DNA of 64,000 bases, taken from contig JAQGDQ010000019.1 of NCBI GenBank assembly GCA_030141605.1, forward strand, positions 1,054,001 to 1,118,000. The letters are read 5' to 3'. This DNA is from Tubiluchus corallicola (lineage: Eukaryota > Animalia > Priapulida). The position numbers and the translations under genes were made by a program. The notes under the pieces are model-generated. The model was given only the letters and a program-made list of their open reading frames with translations, had not been told where the DNA came from and did not search any database. How positions within the stretch are numbered: position 1 is the stretch's first letter; every line of letters starts with the position of its first letter. Positions 47,034-61,000 of the stretch are shown here, one piece after another.

Positions 47034-50000
47034 ATGGCATCGCAAGCGCAAAGTCGTCGTGTAGTTCAGCAAGATTTGTCTAACGTAGAATTTGAAACGA
47101 GCGAAGATGTTAATATCACACCCACATTTGATTCAATGGGGCTTCGAGAAGATCTCTTACGAGGAATTTATGCTTATGGTAAATTGTCAATTCAATTTAT
47201 TGCGCAAATCTGCAATTAACAAACATAAATTTTGGCTCAAATCCGTAATTACGAAACTTGGATTATTGCCCTATTCTTAATCAGCAAATCATGGAGAGCA
47301 TTTGGTGCGAATGTCATGTCTGTACCAGTTACCAGTTGTTGTTCTCTTCCACAGGCTTCTGCCTGTTGAAGATATAGTTGCTTTTAAGCTGAGATATCGT
47401 TGTCTGTAGTTGAGGAGACGAGTTATTTGTGAAAACAAAATTATTGAGAAATTTTAGTTTCGCAGTTCAAGAACAAATTTACAAAAATTTGCATAGCTAC
47501 CATGATAGGTCATAGGTATCTTTAGCTGTAAGGTTCTATATACTACCTAGTGCCTACCAGTCTAAATTCTTTTTGGTAAAATCATTACATGGTTATGGTG
47601 AACTTACTTTGTACAAATTATTGGCACCTAATTAGTTTAAAACTTACCTGGGTGACTTTATTCAAAGGTGAGTTATTGCAACATTAAATATCCAAAAGTT
47701 ACTTCTATATGAGTGTTTCTTCTCTGTTAAGTGAACTAGCTGTTGGTTGTTTTTGGTAGTTTATATAGTTGTTTTTTTACTGATTTCTCATACTACGAAT
47801 TTTAAGTACTATCCTTTGATTATACCATCTAGGTCATGTTGGCATTGGGTGACTATATGAATGTGCAATGTCACTCATGCATTGGAGGCACAAATATCGA
47901 GGAAGACGTACATAAACTAGATTAGGGCAAGTTCCTGATACAATAGGTGTCTATTCAACTCGCGGTTAATAGATATAAATAAATCTATTATTTATTTATA
48001 AGTTAATAAATATATTAGACTCGCTGTTAATAGAATTAGTCGCCTAGTTGACTCAAAATCGCCTGCTACTAGCCGCTCCTATTCAAATGTATATGAAAAC
48101 TGTCGAATAACTCCGCATAATTGACTCAATGTTTTTGCTTCGTGTACTTAGAATTTAAGACATTTGTGTGTGACCAAAGTGCTTTTACTACTTTTATGTC
48201 ATCGTTACTTCGTTTCATGCAGTATAATATATGTAGAAACAGTCATAAATGTATTTTTAGGGTTTACAATTCACTCAAGTAAGTTTAATTTCCATTCGAC
48301 TTTAAATGCATCAGTTAATATTTCTAGAGAGATCATTCACTAGCTAACCTCGCCATCAGCGAAACTATATTAATACAAGATGGTAATGGCATGGCATTTG
48401 GTCTGCTTTAATCAGGGGCTCTTGTTATTGTTTGTTGGATTATGGATCTAAATCAGTTAAGCATCTGGTCACCTTGTACTGCGCTTATGAAGATTAAGGA
48501 TTGAGTCATGAAATCATGTTTCTCGGAAAAAACTACTATCATATTTGGGATCAGTGACATATCCATTACCATGTAGCATGCCTCTCCTAACTGTTTTCCA
48601 AAATTTAAAGTTCAAATTCTAACAAGAAGGGTCTAATTGGAATTAAAAATTCATTTTAATTTTTATTTATAATACTTTCCTACAACTTACGTACTATTTA
48701 TTTAAAAAACTATTTTCGTTTAGGTTTTGAGAAACCATCAGCAATTCAACAAAGAGCAATCAAACCCGTTATCAAGGGACGTGACGTAATTGCACAGTAT
48801 GTGGATATAAATTTGTTTTTCGAAGTCTACTAATAGATAACAAAATTTAATACAACTCATGTTATTTAAAGTATTTAGGCCAAGCGTACTTGTTTGTTGG
48901 ATGTGCACTTGATTTTTTTTACACAAAAACTATTGTATGTTAAGACTGCAGTGAAACTTTTATACCGAATACTTATAGGGCACAGTCTGGTACAGGAAAA
49001 ACAGCCACTTTTTCTATTGGAGTTTTGCAATCATTGGATCTCCAAACAAGGGAAACCCAAGCTCTTGTTTTGTCTCCAACAAGAGAGCTTGCTGTACAAA
49101 TCCAAAAGGTAACAGCGATTGTATGCTAGCTATTCCTGACTTTTTGTTTCTGTTTTTCACTCTCTGTCCACATGTATGATTACATGGTTTATTTAGTGCA
49201 GAAAAACATACTTACAAATGATTGGTAAAATCATACATAATTATGTAATTAAGGCTGAACTGATGATATATATAGCTCACTGACTTAACGTGATCTCGCC
49301 TTTTCATCTGACACTGTTAGATTAAGACTTCATATATTGCTTCACCTGAATTTAGTCTCTTGCAGATTTAATTTCCTTAGTGTGTTTTTTGAATATTACA
49401 TTCTTATGTGTTTCTTATGTATATGTAAGTTTTGTACATTGGCATACAGATACTGTAGAACAAAATCAAGTTAAGATTAAAAATTAAAATTTTTTATCAT
49501 TTTTTAAAATGTGGTTAATACTAATAGGTAATGGGTGTGCTATTTGTATTTAGTTTGGATCAGCTATTTTAATTTAATCAGAGAGACCTCAGTCCTCTGT
49601 AGCTTTCTGAGATGCTTTTCATTTTAATGATACATAATAAGTTAAGTAAGCAGTTATAAACAGTTAGTTACATTGTACAACTAATTTACCATACGTAACG
49701 CTTCATTCAGATGACAAGGCTAGCATTGTTAGATTTATATTTGATGCTCAAAGGTCTGCGATAGTGCCTAAATTTTAGCTTATATGCATGGCATGCATAA
49801 GACTTAACTGACTAGCTGTTGATTGGTTTAGATAGTTTATATAGTTGTTTTTTTACTGATTTCTCATGCTGCAAATTTTAAGTACTATTCTGTGATTATA
49901 CATACCATCTAGGTCATGTTGGCATTGGGTGACTATATGAATGTGCAATGTCACTCATGCATTGGAGGCACAAATATCGGGGAAGACATACGTAAACTAG

Positions 50001-53000
50001 ATTATGGACAGCATGTTGTGTCTGGCACACCTGGAAGAGTTTTTGGTAGGCCTCAACTCCACCAATATTGTAAAATATAAAGGAAAAATTTTAATAATAG
50101 TAAATAAGCATTTTCAATCAGGGTTGTTCCGGTAAATCGGTTGCCAATATCGGCGAAAAAAGTATGATCGGTTATGATCGGTTTTAAGGATAATGAATAA
50201 TAGGTATTGTATCGGTTATTGGTTTACAAGAAAAATAATAATCAGGTATCGGATCGGCACCGATAATAAATTACTCTAAAAACCAATCACGTTTTTACTG
50301 CAGTAAATTAAAATTATAAAGGAAAGTTATCGTACAAACCTTTATATTACCATCATCATCATAATGCCCATTATGTCTAATGCAGATATTGGGCAGGCAG
50401 AACATTAAAATAAAAGAAGTCTGCCCTCAAGATTGGTAAACACAGCTGTAAATCCAGCAAAAAGCGTAATGATAAACAAGCCATTCTGTGAAAGTTGTTG
50501 AGCAAGACCTGAAATTTTTTGCAAACAGTTTGTATTCGAGAAAGATCGTAGCGGCTGCGAGTAAAACTCGCAATTGAAATGAAAAACGTGCGAGTTAACA
50601 CTAGACATGAAATGGAACAAACGCGCAAACACGTTGAATTCACAAGTATACAGATTTCAACACCAACTGCGAAGGTCTCCCATTGCATAATTGCTCGATA
50701 ATGTAATAATATAAGAAGCTATTCGTGCTTTCAGCATTAACAGCAAGAAGTTTAGACATGTAAGCATCTCCGGTTTTGAAAGATACTTCCAATTTGCCAA
50801 TTGGGATCACTAGTGTTAATTTGCATTTATAGCTGATTTAAACAATGATTGATGATCAGTTGATCGTTATTGGTTTTGAGGAAAATCAATAATTAGTATG
50901 GGATCGAATCAGTTTTTTCATGATCTCAACAACACTGTTCTCATTTTCATCTTTAATGTAGCACATTGTGTTTTGTGAAAAGATAACTGGTGATTTAAGT
51001 GATAATAGTTTTCATCTGAGTGCCCTAAATTTGGCTAATAATTTTATTGTAGATGTTCATAACATGACTTCACAATAGTTAAGATTTTGCATAACAGATG
51101 ATTGTGTTTTGGAAAGATTACATTCTAGATATGCTATATCATACGTGTTTATCAGTTATAAATGTATTTATTACATAATTTTCAGACATGATTCGGAGGC
51201 GAAATCTACGCACTCGCTCAATAAAGATGTTGGTACTTGATGAGGCTGATGAAATGCTAAATAAGGGCAAGTGTGATAAACATTGCGTGGATTTTGTTAA
51301 ACTAATTTTCAAAAGCCATTAACATATTTAAAATTACATTCAAAATTTAGCTCGAAAACTTTTTAGCTTTTGAGTTGTGGATATATAAAATAGGCATTTT
51401 GTAAGTCACTGTAAAGTCTGTAATTAACTTGCATGATTACCCCCGATCTCTTATGGCCATTATTTTATTAAAGTAAAACTTGATACACTGATGATCAGTA
51501 TTCCCACACAATATTGAATATTGTAATTTTTGCCATTTGACTGAATATTTTTTAACTATACATTACTAGAAATACGTTAGTATATATAATATAACATTAT
51601 TAAAACGAAGGCATGTTTTCGTCACTCGTTACACAATTTTTGTAGTTTTGGCAAACTTATTGCATTGACATAAGTTTCATATTATTGTTCAAACAACTAT
51701 CAGTTACTTCATGACACTGATTATATCATAGTACTTTTGTAATAGGTTTCAAAGAGCAAATATATGATGTTTATCGGTATTTGCCGCCAGCTACACAGGT
51801 TGTGTTGTGTTCGGCTACGCTTCCGCATGAAGTCTTGGAAATGACCTGTAAATTTATGACAGAACCAATTCGAATCTTGGTGAAACGGTAAGATTATGTA
51901 TCCTTTTTACCGCCAAAAATTAAATTCAAATTTCATATCAAAATTTACTTCTAATGATTTTAAAAGATTTGGTGTTAACTTTGAGTTACAGTAGGTGCCA
52001 CTTAATAGACTCACAGTTAATAGACTCACTCGCTTAATTGACTCAAAAACGCTTGGTGTGGGCTGCTTCTATTCAAATGTACATAAAAACTGTCGGTAAT
52101 TGACTCAAATAACTCTGCAGAATTGACTCAATATTTTTGTTTCACATGTTTCAGTAAGACGGTTTTGTATGACTAATGAGCTTTTATGACTTTTATATTA
52201 TCTTAATTCACTTTTGTCCTATAATACACATAGAAACAATCATGTAAAGTACTGTTTTGTTTGTAAATAGGAATGTTTATTATACACTAATATGCTAACC
52301 TAATGGTTTGCTTTGACCAGCTCGTCCACTGCAGTTAACCTTAGTCCCAAGAATTCCTGGAAGCTAAATATTTAATCACTTGCTTAACTGCTTGCTTCTG
52401 AAGCACTGGCTGCCTTTACCAGAAAGTTTAATCTGTTAGATGTTGCTGTTATGCCAGGGACGCAGGTACATCATGAGAACTTTGCGAGCCAACTTCTTCG
52501 CGATAAAATGAAGCAGCCGACTTTGAAGGATTTTTTGTAATTTTTGCTAATAAACAGACTTGTGTGATTTAGAAAAGTATACTTTTTAATTTATTGATAA
52601 TTCACTTATATAAATTCATATTTTAAAATATTTTTTCTAATTTTTAACTGCACAAAGGAATTTAGGCATTACTTCGTTTCTAAAATTCATTAAAAATATT
52701 TGCTATGCATACTAAGCTGACGACTCATACATACCAGTAGGTTCACTAGGTTAATTGGGTCAAAACACTTCGGTCCCAAAGTGAGTCTATTAAGTGGCGC
52801 CTACTGTATATAATATAACTATGATATAACTTTGAGTTATGTTTTTGACAATTTCCATTATTTTATTAATTGGTTGAATTCTGTTGTATGAATAATGTAC
52901 ATCTAGTCTACAGTGTAATGCCTGTAGGATTTTGTAAATACATTTTTTAGGTTCAGACATTTTGAGCAAATTGCTATTGTGCTCAAATTCTATATGTAGA

Positions 53001-55901
53001 GAAAACTACCATTGAAATATTTAAAGAAACCACGACCCAATTTTACCAAAGTGACCAAATTGGTACAAAATGATCTAATGTACAAAATATTGAAAACAAA
53101 ACTATTATTTTTTACAAACGAGTTTGAATATTATTACTGTGGAAGGCTAATTTGACTTTTGTGTGACTAGTTTTTCGCTGTTGGACGCATTTATGGACAT
53201 CAGCACCTGCATCACGAAAATGCATTGCACTAAAAATAGGCTTTATAACGGATCATAAGAACACATTTCACATGTGACATTGCACAGTTTTGTGCATACT
53301 CATGTTACACAGTTGCAATCTTAGAATTTATATTTCTTTTACTTTAAAATTTGCTGAGTTGGGGTGAATCATAGTCACTGTTGTATAGTAACACACCAGC
53401 ACCAAAGCGCATTGAAGGGAAAGTGGCAAAAGTTGCCTTTTGTTGTCTTTTATTTTGCCACTCCTCTAGCGTTGAGTACTGCTATGAACACGTATGATGC
53501 AACAATGGTGAAAATACTCAAAAAGTCAAATGTACTTAGATCTGCCTATAATTTAGAGTTAAAGACAGCTCTTTGTACATTTCCTCTGTGTCTGTACTGC
53601 TTTGCTAGCTGCTCTTTCGCCAACTGCTGGGTTAGTTCCTGTGGTTTTTATACATTGCTAGCACTGTTTTTCACTTTTTGCTTTTGCAAACTTGTGCAAA
53701 AGTATCAATTGTCATTAATTCTTTTACATTAAGTCTGGTTATGCAGAGATCTTGACCAATTTGTTCGTTTTTGTAGTGATGAACTGACACTTGAAGGAAT
53801 CAAACAGTTTTTTGTTGCTGTGGAAAGAGAAGAATGGAAATTTGACACACTTTGCGATCTCTATGACACACTCACTATTACACAAGCTGTTATATTCTGT
53901 AACACAAAGCGTAAGGTAATGAAATTGTGTTTCGTTTTCGGTTAAATAACAATATTTCCTTCATAAATGTTATTCTCTGTTAATCTTTACTGCACTTGAT
54001 GAACGAGCAAGGAATGAAGCAAGAAAAGCAGGAGGAATTAGAAGAGAGAAGATGGGTAACGTGTGAGGAGCAGAACGAAGATGAGAGGAAGAGAAGGAGT
54101 TAGGAAGCTTATAAGATTGGAAAAGTAAGATATGGAAGAAGGAGAGACAAGGTGCTAACAAGAGTGAAGAATCCTAAGACTTCCCTGTATTTTTCAGATT
54201 CCCTAATTTGTTTTTCATGTAAACCCATATGTGTGGAACCCAAGTATTAAGTTGATAGAGTGTTGAAATTTTTTTATCAAACTTTGCTAATGTATATTGC
54301 AGGTTGACTGGTTAACTGAAAAAATGAGAGAAGCAAATTTCACAGTGTCATCGATGCACGGAGATATGCCACAGAAAGAGCGAGATGCTATTATGAAAGA
54401 ATTTCGATCTGGAGCAACGTAAGTTTTTTTATTCTTTTAAACTAGCAGGCAACTTTATGCCATCTTAATCATGAATTAAGTTGTGATTTATTCAATTTAT
54501 TGTAGCTTGCGTGTTACGTATTGTAATTATATATATGAAGTGATAATAGATGCTTTTGCATCCTTGATCTACAACTTTCTTTGGTCAAATTGATCGTTAC
54601 AGTTACATTTTAAAACATGTTTCTGCATTTGCAGTCGTGTTCTGATAACCACAGATGTGTGGGCACGTGGTATTGATGTCCAGCAGGTATCACTAGTTAT
54701 CAATTATGACTTGCCAAACAACAGAGAATTGTATATACACAGGTATGTCTTTAGTACAATCTGATACACGCGTAATAACATATTGCCCTTATTGGTGTTG
54801 TGGAGAGGATTGGTACGATTTAATGCATGAGTTTTGTTTAACTGATACATTGTAGCAATGAGTTGTGGTGCAGAATTTAGAAACAAAATATACAAATTGG
54901 CCACTTGGCACTTACCTCACACAAACATCTTACATTCTTCTTTGCTAAAAACATGTGAGCATTTACAAACACCTAAAAGCTGCTTTGTGTTTGAAATCAC
55001 TAAGATCATGAAATTGGAAATGTTGTATTTATGACTTAACTTACCATGATATTATTGTTAAGGCATTTTTTGTTTTTGTGTTCCTTTTTGGAGTGAATTT
55101 TCAAGTTATTGTTATACTTCTGAAGTTGAAGTGCTGTTTGGTATTTAAGTGAAACTAGTACTTAATTTTTGCGGTATTTTTCAGAATTGGCAGGTCGGGT
55201 CGTTTCGGTCGGAAAGGTGTGGCAATCAACTTTGTGAAGAATGATGACATACGAATTCTTCGTGACATTGAGCAGTACTATTCCACACAGATTGATGAAA
55301 TGCCAATGAATGGTAAGATTATTGAAGAATTTTAGAGTTGTTTCCTTATTGTTAAAGATTTTAAAATTATGAGGTTTCAAGAATTGAACTCTCGTGTTTA
55401 ATTTTTGATATCTGCTGGTCATTGTTATGGAAACTCTTAATATTTAGTTATAGATACCAAGCTTCAAACTGAACAAAGTCAATAAACCTACTTTTATAAT
55501 AAACATTTAAGCCAAAGCTTGTCCTCGTAACTGCGCTAACAAAAGAGAAAACGCATGTGCTCTTGACTAGCAAAAAATTTTTAGCCAGAAATTACATAAA
55601 TGATTAAATTTGCATGCTCATCATGTGGGTCGCTAGTTTTTTAGAAGAACAAGTCAGTTACACTATTACAGTTTAAACTGGTAAATAACAGTATATTACT
55701 TCCTCACCTATCAAAGATGCGATGTGAATTTGGATAGCGAGAGTGTAATCTCACTACCGCTTCCAACTTTTTACACTAAATTAAGCTAAAGCTAAAATAA
55801 AATATGTATTTCGTGAAACACCTAATTCTCTTGAAAATATGCAGAACTTCACTTGTGTTTAACGAACTGTCTTATATTTTACAGTTGCGGATTTGATATG
55901 A
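47034..55901 (+). CDS. EIF4A3: Eukaryotic initiation factor 4A-III (exon junction complex DEAD-box helicase); exons 47034-47178, 48724-48796, 48979-49108, 49913-50045, 51186-51266, 51746-51887, 53777-53915, 54303-54418, 54635-54742, 55185-55312, 55885-55901
   Basis: [92 protein letters not shown] and EMPMNVADLI*: eIF4A3-specific residues. Confidence 0.97.
47727..47926 (+). pseudogene. Duplicated copy of the EIF4A3 intron-3 end plus 5' part of exon 4, located in intron 1
   Basis: Matches 49804-50006; acceptor CATCTAG|GTCATG is intact; TAT is changed to TAG at 47923. Confidence 0.9.
47941..48250 (+). mobile_element. Truncated copy of the pogo-like MITE at 51989-52806
   Basis: Starts TA|CAATAGGTG; shares GTTAATAGA, TTGACTCAAAA, CTATTCAAATGTA..AAAACTGTCG and AATTGACTCAAT. 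Confidence 0.7.
50119..50937. mobile_element. Degenerate hAT-like MITE in EIF4A3 intron 4
   Basis: Ends CAGGGTTGTT / AACAACACTG; many subterminal ATCGG motifs; flanks TTTTCAAT / TTCTCATT (6/8 match). Confidence 0.55.
51989..52806 (+). mobile_element. pogo/Tigger-like MITE in EIF4A3 intron 6
   Basis: TA|CAGTAGGTGCCACTTAATAGACTCAC ... GTGAGTCTATTAAGTGGCGCCTACTG|TA (26-bp TIR, 1 mismatch); internal ..[11 protein letters not shown] resembles the pogo C-terminal PIP box. Confidence 0.9.
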
Positions 55902-58016
55902 ACAATTATGGAAAGTTTGCGGATAACTTCAGTCTCTTTAGCTGTCCATGAGTCATGGAGTTATTTTCTGTTCTCGTGATTGCGTGAAACAAGAAATTGT
56001 CTTTGCTGCATTGAAATTATTGTAATTACGTCTTGAAATGTTTCCATTTTTTAATAATTTCGACATGTTTGGTCTGCTGAAAAACAGTTTATTTTAAAAA
56101 AATTTGTTAAATTTAAAGTGTTTGATATACCATAACTAAATTAGACATTAATATATGCACTATTCTCATGTTGCTCCGCCATTTGCTAAAAAGTACAGTA
56201 ATCACAGTAAATTTGGAATATTCATCTTGCTGTGCATCGTATTCATAGTGTATCTTCACACATTGCAGGTTGAGTGTTTCCCGATAAACAATGTTTCTAT
56301 TTTATGTAGCACGCTTATATGAAAATGAAGTCTATTATGCCACACAATGCTTATTACAACTTTATCACTGAGGCTAACCTCCAATAGCTGATCATGATCA
56401 AAATGTAATTACTTTCTGATGAGAAAAAGTGTAAACTTGTGGTGGCTGGTAGTAGTGCCGCAGGTATTAGGCCGATGTCCATTTTATTTCTAAATGTAAA
56501 GAACTTGGAATATTTATGTCTTGCATCTCATTGAACTTTTCTTGTATTATAGGAGTGTATTGTACAAATTTGTAACAATAAATACGTCAGCCCCTTTATT
56601 CCAATACATTGTCATTTGTTATTATGACACTTTGTGAGAAACAATCAACTTATGGAAGTTGAACATATATGGCAGTACTGCGGTTATGTTTATTTATAAC
56701 ATTTAAATCCTTTTTACAAAATCCTTAAGTATTTTTACCCCAATGCTCAATGTACGTAGAAATCTGCATTTTGTCGGTTTTATGGTTAGATGATAGTTAA
56801 ATCCCAGTTTACAGTTTCTATACATTTTTCTGCAAATATGCATGTCAAAATTACTAACTAAACCATTGGAAAAACATAATAAATCAAAAGGTGGACATTT
56901 TTGCGAGTGCACTATGAAGTACCCAGTTAAGTATTTAAACATAGATATTATGTTTTTCTGTTTTTTTAAAATTTAATTAGTTTCTGTTTTTAACTAAAGT
57001 ACTTAATTTTCGTACAAATAACAAGTGTAAAGTTGGCTAAAATAAATTTAACCAAATTTACTACAAAAATACAAATGGCACAAAATAAGGCAGTGGCACA
57101 AGTTTTCAAAATGCACTAGCTTTTAATTAAAGAAATTAATTAAGATTTCATTTAAATAAAGTAGTAGTTACAATAAAGTCAGAAGTTTGTCCTACCAGTT
57201 GGTGGCATATTTTCCACAGTTGCAACCACTGACGTTCCATGTTACGTACACATGCCACTAATTGCAGCCGATTTTGAGAAATTATTTACCACACAAGACA
57301 AAATTAAGCAGAGACATTGAAATCAAATTCGTTGAATCATATTTTTGAATTTTGTTATACATACGACGATAAATTTGTATTTTGATGCTGTTTAAAATGA
57401 TTACTTTAGCATGCACTGCTGACAGGATCACTTCAATGTACAGTATTTATAGTGTGGGATAATAGAAGTTGGGCATCGCTGCAATGCAAAAAGAACAAGA
57501 TTAATGCTAATTACAGACCATGTGAATATTGTTATGGAAGGGGAAATAACATTTATTTTCGATCCCTTTACAATGTGATGGTCTTCACGTACGAAACCAT
57601 TATATAGTGACGTTGAATACCTTGATGAAATCATCGCTGCAGAATAGCCTTGTTGGTTCGATGGTCTGATGGGCAAGTGCATATTCCACCTCAGCAAATG
57701 TTCCATAAAGACAATCAGCTTGGAGCACAATGGTTTACATATGTAGCGAGTTACTTAAATCTAGAACTTCACATTGTTATACACATTTAGATGTTTTCTG
57801 CTTAATTATGCTATGACAGTAAATCAGCACCATCTGGTTTCGTAACAATATTTTTGCATCATTAACATCATCTCAAACACATTTATATTAACAAACATTA
57901 ACATTGATATTTATTTATTTGATAATAAAATAGTTTTTTGCTGCTCTACTTACCACTCACTTTAAATATAAAAAAAGAAATGACAACACTACCTTAAAAC
58001 TACGTGCAAGTACTAT

Positions 58017-61000
58017 TTACAGCTTAAAATCGTGTTGTGCTTTATCAACAACCATATTAGCTATTGAGAGTGAGGATGTAGCAGCTGGGGAAGGAGCATT
58101 TCGTACATGTAGAATCCTGCTCCCTAGTTCCCCCTTTCCTGAATCGAAGACAAAGTCATCCACAAGAGAACCGTCCATTCCAAGTGCTTGAGCTCTAACA
58201 CCAGCTGGGCCCCTTCATAAAAAATGAAAGTAAATCAAACTAATAATAATGATTATTTTATTAGTGATCAGCATTTTTGTTGTTCGGTATATAAGACGCA
58301 GACATGAATGATTAGCGTACTTGTGAGCTGCACAATCAAGTAAAAGCGCATACTTATGAAACAAAGACTTAACTACTTGTATATTCATAAAACTCACTTT
58401 TTGATTATTATCTCGGGTGGCCAATGGCCTTATTTAGGATCAATGTATAAAAATAATTGATCAGCGAGTTTTTGCATTGATTATTTATATTAATTTGTTA
58501 ATCACTGCTCTTTCCTTTGATACCTCTCCATGTAACCCTGCAAAAAATTACTAATTAAGTGGGTACTGATACTGTTATAAAAAGAAACCTACCGTGAAAA
58601 AAAAGAATTCTTAAAAACAGATAATTTTCATGCAGTTTTGAATATCAATTATCTCAAACAAATCTTGATGTTATGTTGCACGAAAAAATGGGTTCTTGTA
58701 TTCAAAATAGGGACAAGGTTACTTCGTACGCTTTTAAAGAAGACAAAGCTCTATAGTAGGACAATTTCCTAAATATGCTCGAACAGTCCTAGGGTTATGT
58801 TTTAGACAAAACGAGATTTTGAGATTTTCCCACCACACAGTTTTTTCAACTACAAACAAATATCGTAACTGAAAACTTGTGAGCAGATCACTATGCTGAT
58901 TTTTTATAAACCGAAAAAATGCTAAGCACAAATTTGTGTAATATGATGTAAAAGTAACAGTAAATGTATGGTACCAATGTACACATAATTACAAACAGCT
59001 TTCCATTTCTTCAGAATAATTCAAAAGGTGCAGTTGTTTAAGTAAACTTACCTAATACAGTCTTCTGGCTTCAAACTTGGCACAAACCGCTGCAGTTGTT
59101 TCACCTGTGCATTCATGTTGATTCCCCGATATATTTCTCCAAATCCAGTCCACAGGTGTTTCATTATTAACTTCTGTAAACCTCTAACAATGGAATAAAT
59201 GCAAGCCACACAGTGAAATTCATTTTCTAACCAGTGAAATTATCATTCTAAATGGCTGGACTGCATTATGGTAAGCTGTATAAAAATAATATGAATACAG
59301 CAGATGTACTGCTCACTATGACAAAGGTTTGTGTGCACAATTTTGTTATTTATATTGTCATCACAACTTTTAAAATACCATCATGAAACACCGCAAAAAT
59401 ATAGACTCAGTGGATCACACTTAAAACCACTCTTTGCAGTACTATCAGATGCCTAAATGGAGCAACTAGTGCCACTATAATAGAACGTATGCAAGCTTGG
59501 TCTTCCAGCTCTTTTATTTGCAGGCTGATTACAATGAAAATGCCTTTATTCAGTCTATCTATTCAAATAAATTTATGTATCTATCTGTAGACGCACAGTT
59601 AAAAAAATGCCTCATTAACCAATACCTATGCAAATTGCAAAGGTTCCATACCTGTATTGTAAAGATTCTAAAAGTTCTGGTATATGGATATCAGTATATG
59701 TGTACCCCTCTCGACGGTATGCCAGTACAGCATTTGGACCCAACCACACATCACCATTCATCCTTGGTGTAAAATGAACTCCTAAAAATGGAAGTTTTGG
59801 ATCTGGTACCTGAAAGTCCAATAAATTACCTATGAGTTACTGAAGCACCAATAGTAAATTTTTTTCCTGTTTTATAGTGATTAAGTGGCTTGCTGGCTAG
59901 TACTGGCATACAACACTGGTGAAACACAGAAGGCCGGATTGAATGGCCTTACAATAATGCTAATTGAAGTTTACTCATTTTTTGCTCATTATGTTCTTGC
60001 TGAAACTGCCAACAATTATCTTGGTTATTCCATCTATTATCTAACAACAAAACAGGGAAACGTTTTTTGGTCAAATGTCGATAATGCTTATAAAATTACA
60101 ATACATTTTATTAAAAGAATCTCATTACCAAGCCAACGGTGATCAAAACCAGACTTCTCTGACAGTTTGTCCAATTATAAACCACCATATGGAATCACAA
60201 ATTATGATTTAAAAACTATGACGACAACAGTGAGCGGTGAACTGACAATGATGACAACAAACTGCAAATGAGATCAAGTTGGCACTTTGTTTTAAATTGA
60301 TGGCTCTCAAGTTTTAACAGTCTTAAACTAAACGAACTAATGAATCATTTCCATCATATTGCATTTTCACAAATTAATTATCTGATATTGTAATCTGAAC
60401 CCATAATTTGACATCATAAAAAACAAGTATTTTAATAAAACAGTAAATTTCACTCGCTGTGGTACTAAGCACAGTTTGGCTTTTCCTAGGGAAAAGGATG
60501 CAAATTACGTATTTTCACAAAATTGCTTGTTGCTTATACCATCAAGGCAAATTTCGATTTTGTTATTGAAATTACCAACTTACCGGGTAAATATTAGTTC
60601 TGACTAGATCTTCCTTCCCAGGTTTGAGCAAGAGATATTCACCACGAAATGGCACAATTCTAGGTGTACGATCACAACCAGATTTTTCTGCTAATTTGTC
60701 TGAGTATAGGCCACCACATGTAATCACATATCGTGATTTAAAGAGCTGCAAAGTAAACTGGCAAATGTAGCCAAATCATGAATGTAATGATCTTTATTTT
60801 AGGATGCTTAAACTTTAATAACCCTTAATAGACCTTACACGGTTAATATATGACTCTGGCTTCTAAGATAATGTTTACTAAGCACCTACATTTCCATTTT
60901 TAAAAATTAGCGTAACAGGATATTTATGCTCCGGGTTTCCAGGTGTTCCTTCAGCACCAATCACAAAATCTTTTACTTCATGTTCCAAAAAAATCTCCCC

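Noticed and set aside
49258-49315. C/D-box snoRNA candidate in EIF4A3 intron 3 (TGATGA..CTGA..CTGA)
   Set aside because: Only about 52 nt, no terminal stem and no recognisable rRNA complementarity.
50377-50688. Minus-strand ORFs inside the hAT-like MITE
   Set aside because: No transposase motif could be recognised.
51488-51546. C/D-box snoRNA candidate in EIF4A3 intron 5
   Set aside because: Too short, imperfect C box and no stem.
53364-53732. 122-aa ORF in EIF4A3 intron 6
   Set aside because: Non-ATG start, composition typical of T-rich intron, no motif.
57428-57730. 100-aa minus-strand ORF between EIF4A3 and L2HGDH
   Set aside because: No recognisable motif or splice context; likely 3' UTR or intergenic.
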